NCBI RefSeq assembly: GCF_006345805.1
Contig: NC_043000.1
Span: 79,484,001-79,548,000 of the forward strand
Length of the DNA stretch: 64,000 nt
Origin: Octopus sinensis
Taxonomy: Eukaryota
Direction: 5' to 3'
Shown here: positions 54,940 to 64,000 of the stretch, one piece after another
Numbering within the stretch: the first letter of the stretch is position 1
Layout: each line of letters starts with the position of its first letter
Translations under genes and position numbers: made by a program
The notes under the pieces: model-generated
Seen by the model: only the letters and a program-made list of their open reading frames with translations
Databases searched by the model: none
What the model was told of the DNA's origin: nothing

Positions 54940-55440
54940 GATGCTCTCCTTTCTAACTGCATTGCAAGATAAATAGCTGAAAACAAATTGATAACAAAAG
55001 TCCAATGTCTACATTCTAGAACAAGCAGAAATGATAAGCTTTGAGGTGATGGTCATCAAGCATCAGCTATGCTAGATTAGCCATATTCAAAGGATAGACA
55101 AGAAAAAAACCTTCAAAGGTTTTATTCTGAACTGGCAATGAAATATCATCCAAAGATTGAAATTCAGAGAAGCCTTCAAGCAAAACCTAATACCCTGCAT
55201 CATCCTACCAAAGAAGTTTGAAAGTGTCACAAAGAATAGAAAGCAATGGAGAAATCTCTGTCATCTGAGCAGCCAATTTCTATGAGCAAAACAGAAAAGA
55301 CAAAGGGTATCAGAAACATCATAAGAGAAAAAGAAGAGTATCCACCACCAGTGAAGAATTGCTAATGATCCCATGGAGAGAATGTTATCAAACATTTCAA
55401 TCAAATCTGGATCTCCATAGTCACCTGAGAGCCCATGTCA
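54940..55440 (+). mobile_element. Old RTE LINE C-terminal fragment
   Basis: Frameshifted pieces ILEQAEMISFE / VIKHQL / KNRKQWR / SNLDLHSHLRAH resemble the RTE (BovB-like) C-terminus. Confidence 0.5.
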
Positions 55441-57129
55441 CAATAAGATAAAAGCAATTAAAATAAACAGGACAACTACACATTAACGAAGTCCATGACA
55501 ACACACACACACACAGAGGTACCTTCTTTTATCTGTACATCTGAAATTCATACCTCTTTTTTATGTAATATAATCCTAAGGCAGAAAATGATATATTTTT
55601 TTTATTGAAAGAAATTTACTCAAATCAATATAAACTTTTCTTCTACAACCTTGTTAGTATATTTTTGAAATGGCTTATAAGGCTATAATTGACATAACTT
55701 ATTCAACCTAGTCAATAGAGGAAAGCAAAAGTTTACAAAATAGCTTAAAACCAATTACCCATTCTGTTCAATTCAATTAAAAAACTAATAAGGATTCTAA
55801 TACAAAAAAAAAAAATCAAATGAAAAAAATTAATAGGTTTGTGGTTGTATTTATTTTTTTTTTGAACTGGTAAAACTGTTTCCAAATGCAACTTGCAACA
55901 AAGACAATCATAATGTAAAGAGGGAGTGTGCATAAAATAATTCTGCATTCCTCAAAATTCAAAGTTTTTTGAGAGTACATAATGTTGTTGTTGTAATCTC
56001 ACAGAATTAGGTAGTTTAAGTGACCTGCAAAAGACTTCATGTGGAAATCCAAACCAGGTTATACTCCATTCTAATAGACTGTTAATAGAGATTAAGGTAC
56101 TGCTCAACAATGCATGGATGTGTTTGCATATGTGTGCACATAACAAAATGTTAGTAAGTGGGCACATATTGTTGAGGTAGAAAATATGATTATGAATGAC
56201 AAAGTAAAAAAACAAATGCTGTAACTGAGTATTTATGGTAATCAGAGCAGAAGAAAAGCAAAGAAAAATGCTCGGTTAACTAGCTTCTATATAAGCTTAC
56301 TCAATAGTTGACCTATATTTATTCTTTTCACTCCAGAAACTTATTTTTTACAAGCAGTTATTAGGTACCAATTTTCTCTCTTTTGTACCTTCTTTTTCCT
56401 TCTTTCATAAATATTCATTTGTATTTAAATATAAACTGAATATGCAATAGTTAAGAATGTTAAGTATTAATAGGGGTATGGGACAGTAGAAACATGATAG
56501 ATAAGAACCCAAATCCTTTGTAGCTGAAATAATGACTCACAAGTTCAATTCTTAACCTAACAGATGGCAGATAAATATATACACCTATTTCCCATTGAGA
56601 CAATTGAAGAGTTTGGTGATCAAAACATGTAAATAACACAAAGGAAGGGCAAACAATATGATCAATTTCTATCCTTCTAGTAACAAGTCAGCTAAAAACT
56701 ACTGGAAAATGAAATTATTTGTAACATTTGTCTCAGGATCTGGAAAAATCTACCAGCTTCAGTGTATTATAAAGTTTTGTTGTTTTCCTACATTCTTAAA
56801 AATACTTTAGACACACCATATCATTTGATTACAATATGATATAACAATATATTTCTACTTTTCCTATTATCCACTGCAAAAGAAGACATCACTTTGCAAT
56901 GGCCAATACACTGCTTGAGGGTATCATATTAATGAGATAAGATACATATATCCTATTGGAGAAAATACTAGTAATTAATTGGTACTGCTTGTGTCGGTGT
57001 TCACTGAGGATGGTTTAAGTTCACACCAGTTAATTGAATCAACAATATTATGAACAGAAGGCAACCATGATCGGCAATCACACACCATCAAGTAATCTGG
57101 TTTCTAATGGCAGATACCAAACATGTAAA

Positions 57130-57690
57130 GTCTGACTTGATCATAATAATACATGTTTTTAACTGCCCACCTCTGCCCACCTCACCTTTTATGCTATCCA
57201 AAATGATATTCCTGTGCAACTGCACCACATATAAATTTGGGTTATAATTGATTGAGAACCTGACCAAACAACTGAAAGTGCCTTTTGAGAAAGAGTTGTC
57301 AAAAAGAAGCAATAAGACAGTTTAACAAAAAATCCAAAGCATAGACATGCAGAATTCAATGAAGAAAAACTTCCAGTCTGCTTAAATCTCCTGTTCTCAC
57401 AGGCCACACTCAACACATGCAGTGAATAGTGTTCAGTAGATGTCAATTTTTTTATGGTTACATGGATCTCCAACCTAGACCTAGATGACAGAATATAGCA
57501 TGCACCTGGCTGATGTAAAAATCACTCTTTGTCTTGGCCTATGGCAGTGAAAGAGTTTGAATTGATCGACCTCTTCCAGAATCTTGCTGCTGAACATAAT
57601 GAGACCTTTCCAGAGAGCAAGAGGCCAATGTATACAAATTTTGTCTTGACTACATTGATTTTCACGTCAACATGTGACACATGTAAGAAT
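57130..57690 (-). mobile_element. Old LINE (RTE-like) fragment
   Basis: Frameshifted pieces KINVVKTK, LEEVDQFK and NIILDSIKGEVGRGGQLKT resemble the RT C-terminus and the GRRRGRQ motif. Confidence 0.45.
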
Positions 57691-58132
57691 TAAACAGCTG
57701 ATAGGACAACTATGTAATTGTAGTAAATTGTTGCAAGATTAGTTAATTGGTAACTTCTCACAAATAGCCTAATATTTATTCTTCAGTGAAGAAAACTGAG
57801 AACATGTAGAATGGTATACTCAAAGACTCAATGAGTGGGATATGCTTGTATCCCATGAGCTAGTAGTCAAGTATTTTATCCCCACAACTATTTATATGAT
57901 ATGAACTATGATAAAATATGGCAAATAGTTTATCAACAAACTCAGTCCTACCAGTCAACACTTTCCTTATGCCAATCCCTTGTTCCTTGATGATAGCTTG
58001 CAGTATCATATTGTTTACATGCCATACATTCTTTACAGCCATATTTTATTTCCCCAAATTAGCAATTTGACATACTTTGAACAATAAATTTTTCCTATAC
58101 AATATTAAGAAAAAAGAAAAAAACACTATATA

Positions 58133-58538
58133 GGTGCAGAAGTGGCTGTGTGGTAAGTAGCTTGCTTACAATCCACAAGGTTCCGGGTTCAGTCCCACTG
58201 CATGGAACCTTGGGCAAGTGTCTTCCGCTATAGCCTCAGGCCAACCAAATCCTTGTGAGTGGATTTGGTAGACAGAAACTGAAAAAAGCCTGTCGTATAT
58301 ATGTATATATATTTATATGTATGTGTGTGTATATGTTTGTGTGTCTGAGCTAGTCCCCACAACATCGCTTGACAACTGACGCAGGTGTGTTTACGTCCCC
58401 ATAACTTAGCGGTTTGGCAAAAGAGACCGAATAATTACTAGGCTTACAAAGAATAAGTCCTTGGATCGATTGACTAAAGGCGGTGCTCCAGCATGGTCGC
58501 AGTCAAATGACCGAAACAAGTAAAAGAATGAAAGAATA
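58133..58538 (+). mobile_element. tRNA-derived SINE (family A), well preserved
   Basis: ggtgcagaagtggctgtgtggtaag...ccgggttcagtccc...gaccgaaacaagtaaaagaatg. Confidence 0.88.
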
Positions 58539-58715
58539 TATATATTACGCATACAATTGAGAGGACAAATGAAAGAAAGTGGTACCTAATGCAGGATTTA
58601 GATATATTACTGATAAAAGTATAACAGTTTATCTCTGGGCAGATAGAACTGACCCATCATTTTAGATACCAGGAGAAAACTGCAAGTCATATGAAACTGA
58701 GTCAAACTGCTATTA

Positions 58716-58753
<38 letters not shown>

Positions 58754-58758
<5 letters not shown>

Positions 58759-60658
58759 ATATATAAAACTGAATTGCGTTTTTACCGCTTGGATCGCTTT
58801 CAATGCCACTACATCCCGTCCGATTCGCTCCAAAATTTACAAGGACATGTAGAATGAGGTGACGATGCGCGTGGGCTACCTTAGAAATCCCTATCTTAAA
58901 AGGTGTGGTTGCTAGGGGCTATCTTCTTCACTCACACTATTTCCTTCTTTCCTTCTCTTACTCCCCTTCATTTATAACGTTGACAATGTCCACTCCCGTT
59001 ATTTAATGTATTCCCCTCAACTCCCTTTCCCTTTGCCTTTATAAGGTCGTCAGGCGGCTTTCTTTGATGTATCTGTTTGCATTCATAGGATTATCATCGC
59101 CACAATTTATGTATATGTCTTCCTCACTCACTCACTCTTTTTCCTAATGATAATTATCATTGCCACCACCACCAACACACAATACTCACTCTATTTCATA
59201 CAAACGGCCTTCTTTTATGTATCTGTCTGTGTGAAAGAGAGAGATAACTGAAATTTTTTACTCCGTTTTTGTAGTGCGTGTGTGTGTATGCATGTATGTG
59301 TATATGTATGTATGCATGTATGTGTGTGTGTGTATGTATCTATGTATGTGTGTGTGTATGTGTGTGTATGTATGTGTGAGTGTACCTTTGCCTGTTTATG
59401 TAACGGTCTGCTATGTAGAAATGAGGTTGACTCAATGGAAATGCATACATACACACACACATACATACACACACATACATACATACACATACATACACAC
59501 ACACACACACACATACATAGATGCAGACCTATGTTAAAAGTGCTGGCAAGTTTGCATGACAACTATTTTTTTTCCTCAAATGAAAGGACAAAATTCCTCA
59601 TCTTATAAAATGTGGCCCCAGTACACCCGAATGAAATCACGTTATATTAACCAAAATGTGAAAAGGGGTATAAATGGGGCTGGAAGGGGATTAAAATTTA
59701 AAGGAGCGGGTGTTTAGGAATTCTCTGTTACATCAAGCTAAAAAATTTGCGCCAGCCTTTTAATCGTCAATGTGTTGCCGTCCATGATGAAGAAGTTTTG
59801 AATGCTTGCCATGGTGAGTCTACTGTTGTGAAAAAGAATAACTTCAAAACTTGGTGTTTAGGGATTTTCTTTTACATCAAGTTCAAAATTTTACGCCAGC
59901 CGTTAAACTGTCAAAACGTTGCTGTCCGTCGTTAAGAAATGCCAGCCATGCTGACTCTACTACCCTCAGATTCTATCCCTTCAAACTTTGGTTTCCAATA
60001 TTTTATTATTTTTATTCAGCTCGCAAGTTCGTCTGTCCCTTTTAAATGTTAGTGTTTTGCTGTCTGCCTTGAAGCAGACCTTTCCGTTGTTACTGCCTGA
60101 TATTTATGATTGATCTTTCTAAATATTTTATTTCTCAACTTACTCAAGATATTTTGTTGTTTATAAATGGGAGAGAGATAGATAAAGATAGAGAGTAAGA
60201 GAAAGCGAGGGAGAGTCCGAGAGAAAGGAACAGTAAGAGAGTGGGGAAAGTGAGAGAGAAAGGAGAGAGAAACAAAGAGGGAGAATCATCATCATCATCG
60301 TTTAACGTCCGTTTTCCGTGCTAGCACGGTTGGACAGTTTCACCAGGGTCTGGGAAGCCAGGAGGCTGCACCAGGTTCCAGTGTGATCTGGCAGTGTTTC
60401 TACAGGTGGATGCCCTTCCTAACGCCAACCACTCTGTGAGCGTAGTGGGTGCATTTTTCGTGCCGCCGGCACAGGTGCCAGGAGGGCTGGCAATGGCCAC
60501 GATCGGTTGGTGCTTTTTACGTGTCACTGGCACAGAAGCCAGTCAAGGCGACGCTGCAATCCGCCACGTTCGGATGGTACTTTTTACGTGCTGAAAGGAA
60601 GCAACAGAAAGTAACAACCACACTCTTACCCGCGCGTAGAGCGGGTCACCTTCAGCTA

Positions 60659-60659
<1 letters not shown>
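58754..60659 (+). mobile_element. Apparently complete non-autonomous Helitron (about 1.9 kb)
   Basis: 5' A|TC at 58754; 3' hairpin acccgc-gcgtaga-gcgggt (60628-60646), then CTAG (60656-59) followed by T. Both flanks are (TA)n and there is no TSD. Confidence 0.75.
60285..60591 (-). mobile_element. RTE-LINE 3' tail element nested in the Helitron
   Basis: atcatcatcatcgtttaacgtccgttttccgtgctagcacggttggac...; same family as 11238, 21905 and 35505. Confidence 0.85.
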
Positions 60660-60715
<56 letters not shown>

Positions 60716-60719
<4 letters not shown>

Positions 60720-61290
60720 GTCTAATCAATAAGTAGCTGGACTGTTATCATAGTAACAAAACTAAAGCACGATGAGTGAAGGCACTTGGCACAGATTGAC
60801 CTTGACCTCTGCTGTGCATATGCACTAAGTTTTAATATTTTAGCTCTCTTCTGCTGTTTACAGCAGTGCTTCGAACATGTGATCAGCATATTAACCATGA
60901 TAGAAAAAGTGGTCATGGTAATACCTCCTCAGAGGCATATACAAAGTTGCAGAAAGTGTATGGAGAGGAGTGTATGAGCCACACAAGTGTATGAGTGATT
61001 CAGATGTTTCCAAGATGGCTGAAAAAATGTTAATAGTGATGAATGTTCTGGGAGATCTGCAACCAGCAGAACTGAGAAAAACATCACAGATGTGCCTGCA
61101 GCTGTGAGGGGAAATCGTTGAATCACCATGCATGAGTTATCAGAGGGTGTGCAGATTAGTTACGGTTCAGTTCAGTCCATTATCACTGAAGATCTGGGTA
61201 TGAGATGCATGTCTGCCAATTTTATGCCAAAACTGCTTTCAGCGGGCCAAAAAGACACCCGGGTTTCAGCTGCACGATATTTGCTTGTAA
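60716..61290 (+). mobile_element. mariner transposon, 5' half (TIR and HTH region)
   Basis: TA|tgaggtctaatcaataagt terminus; EAYTKLQKVYGEECMS, SDECSGR, ELSEGVQISYGSVQSIITEDLGMRCMSANFMPKLLS (FVPKLL-type linker). Confidence 0.8.
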
Positions 61291-61869
61291 CTTTGTTAAT
61301 TTTCTACATATAGATTTGAAATTTTGTAAATGGGTGCTTATATGCCAGTGGTTTATAGTTACATAGTTTTAGCTGATAGTTCTGATTAAATTTGACTTTT
61401 ATGGGCAGGTAAATTTGATTAACAGGCGTAAAAACAATAACATTATGAATAAACACTAAAATTTATATTCTTAATACATCTTGCCTGTTTGATTTGTTAC
61501 TAAAATTATCCCAGATGTCAACTGCCAACAATTTTACATTTTTCAAGATGAGGTACATTAATTTGAATTAATTAATATACAGGTTTAATTGATACAAGAT
61601 TCTATTCTTTATATTTCATTCAAACATTTTCATTAAAAATAAAGTACAAACCTCTTTTACTAGTCAATATACCATTGGCTGTATACTCTTATACAATTTA
61701 ATGAATTCATTTACATAACAGAATGCATCTAATAAAAAAAGCTCATTAACAGGTGCGATAAAGGTGAATACAGGTGCATAACATACTGAAAATTAACATG
61801 TGTTTCTCATTTTCACATATTTATAATAAAATAAAAAGGAATATATGATAAAATAATATATATTATGAC

Positions 61870-63722
61870 ATATTTCTGTCATGAAACTAACCAAAGCACC
61901 CTTTACAAAAGGGCACTTTGCAAAAGGAACACATACAAAAAATCTCAATCTGATACCCTTTTGCAGTTTCCCTTTTTTGCAGCGAAGACAGTCTGCAAAC
62001 TTTTTTCTTCTATTTATCTTTTCGACTTTATGAAGTCAATATTTTCTTTGTTGACATCCACCTCAGTTAATTTTGCTTTTCTCCCAGTTCTGTGCTTTCT
62101 AGAAGAAAAGCCCTCACATAACTGAGATGCAATGTCAACCTGAAATTTCAAGTGGCTTTTTACATATACAATATATGAATTAACTATAGTTAAATTAACT
62201 AAAAATGCACCTCCACCATTTCTTCCCAGGTTGACCAACTGGGTAATATGTCCGATATTGGTCATATTTATCAACCATACCCATATATTTGTCATAACAA
62301 ATATTCACTAGGGGTTTCCTTTCTACACCAACACCAGGTTGTTCATTAGTAGACAGAAATAAAATCTGTCTTTTGTCTTAGAAAGCAGTAGCAAATAAAT
62401 TTTCCTTTTGCATTTGTAAAATGTCCCCTCTTTTTTTAAATTTTGTTTTCATTTCATGGGGTAAACCTTTACAGTTGCTCATAACAGTACTGCATGTTTA
62501 AGCACTTACACGGGCAAGATTTTCTGCCAAAGCCACTAAAAAAAGGAAAGAAAAAATGGTCAAAATAGGTGTTGGTGCTGATGGTGAAATGGTTCAGTAA
62601 GAGACCATACTACATGTCCCAGTCCATATGGTCTGTTTCCATTATATCTTTTACCTGTGTAAACATTGAAGTTTACACAATATCCAGTAATCTGATTCAT
62701 AAACTTCCCATACCTTGATCCCCCATTTAGTGGGTTTGGCAGGCATGTACTGCTGAAAATGTACTCTGCCCTTATAGCTTATCATGGCTTCATCTACAGT
62801 GAGATTTTTCCCAGGTAGATACACAGTTTTGTAACTATTAAGGAGTAAATCAATTACAGGAAGTACTTTGTACAGGGGATCGTAGTGTGATTTGTTTTTG
62901 CTGGGGGCATTAGCAGAATCAGTTAAATGTAAATACTGAGATATTTTCGAACACCTTGTCTTCAACATTATACTTGAGATATACGGATCACCAGACCTTA
63001 TATCAGGACTCCAGTAGTTACACAGTCAAGGAAGCTATTTAACACCAATTCTCATTTCTGCAGTATAAGTTAGCTGTAATAGTGAATTGTTTCTTCTGCA
63101 AATAGAAATTATATGTTGCACATATTTGTTTGTTACCTCCGTAACATTTTCAAAAAAACTTTCTGGTAAAGATAAAAATAGATAGTCCAATGGTTGAGCA
63201 TCAGGAGGAAAATTGTGTTGTGAACTAGTATTTTCTGTGAAATCAGGAATAGTGATTGGTGTTGTAATCTTTGATCATGTTTACGATATCATTTTCATCG
63301 CTTTCATTTTTATCACTTTCATTCTCAAAATCTTCCTCATTCAACAAATATTCACTAATATCAATCTCAAATTCATCCAAAGACAAAATATTCTTGTTTT
63401 CATTTATATTTTCTATATCATCAAGTGTAAAACCTTCAAAGTCAGAATCGCTACTTGCTGACACTATTTCATTGAAACTAAGGTAGAGATTTCTCTTCAA
63501 ATGTTGAAAAAAAATACCATGTGGTCTAAACAATTTCACAGAATTTATACTTGAATAAAGGCGGGAAAGCCTTCATCTCACATTATCTCAGAGCTACGAG
63601 AATTCAATAAAGTGATTTGTTTATTTTTTTAGCAATTTTGTAGAGCAGTCGGATACAGCCAGATTTGGCCAGTTTGAACAAATGAAGGGGAATTAATTTT
63701 GGCTGGTTCGAATACTAAAGGG
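61870..63722 (-). mobile_element. piggyBac transposon remnant (decayed DDE_Tnp_1_7 transposase and 5' terminus)
   Basis: Acidic N-terminus SDSDFEGF; DPLYKV.PVID...KNLTVDEAMISYKGR..FQQYMPAKPTKWGIKVW; STVMSNCKGLP; C-terminal VCRL...CSFCKVPFCKGCF..FH. Terminus TTAA|CCCTTTAGTATTC at 63726-63710. The 3' TIR was not found. Confidence 0.88.
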
Positions 63723-64000
63723 TTAAAGGTAGCTGAGGACACAAGTAATGATCTAAGATATTATTAGCTTTGAAATACATATTAATAGTACAATGCCACA
63801 CAAATCTTTTAATTCATGGGATATATATGTCCACCACCATGCCTGATATAAATCAATAGGAAGCTCAGTCTATACCTGTCAAGTTTTATAACCTGCATAT
63901 ATTGGGCAATACTTGACACTCCATGTTTCAGCTTTCCTGCAAGTTAGCATTACACATCCAGAAAATCTATTTTAGCTTAGTCCCTTCAACCAATATTAAT

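Noticed and set aside
5801-58538. tRNA genes at the SINE heads and in the 38.3-38.6 kb palindrome
   Set aside because: A/B boxes are present but there is no paired acceptor stem. These are tRNA-derived repeats, not tRNA genes.
63243-63539. Acidic 98-aa ORF as an independent gene
   Set aside because: It is the SDSD/EGF-containing acidic N-terminus of the piggyBac transposase remnant.

Overview
AT-rich, microsatellite- and transposon-dense animal genomic DNA. The SINE and LINE-tail families look like those of a coleoid cephalopod, most likely Octopus; this is inferred from recalled repeat consensus sequences, not from a search. Only one host-gene exon is recognisable in the 64 kb: a minus-strand exon (predicted 24804..24423) carrying the start codon and the HECW_N region of a HECW1/HECW2 (NEDL)-type HECT E3 ubiquitin ligase. 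The rest is probably intronic or 5' flanking DNA filled with decayed mobile elements: tRNA-derived SINEs, RTE and R4/Dong-like LINE pieces, three mariners (one full-length), pogo/Tigger, MULE, Chapaev3-like, piggyBac with its MITEs, a hAT MITE and several Helitron-type elements. There is also a 4.9-kb CA/TA compound satellite, which explains all the long 'CVYIM' ORFs. I found no prokaryotic-type system, CRISPR array or intact novel gene. The best leads are structural or regulatory: (i) a TA-flanked palindromic element built from two divergent tRNA-like modules; (ii) an apparently perfect 401-bp inverted repeat; (iii) four upstream ATGs and a candidate poison mini-exon around the HECW start exon; (iv) a piggyBac transposase remnant whose 5' end matches a MITE elsewhere in the window; (v) a ~2.25-kb higher-order duplication inside the satellite, which may be an assembly artefact.
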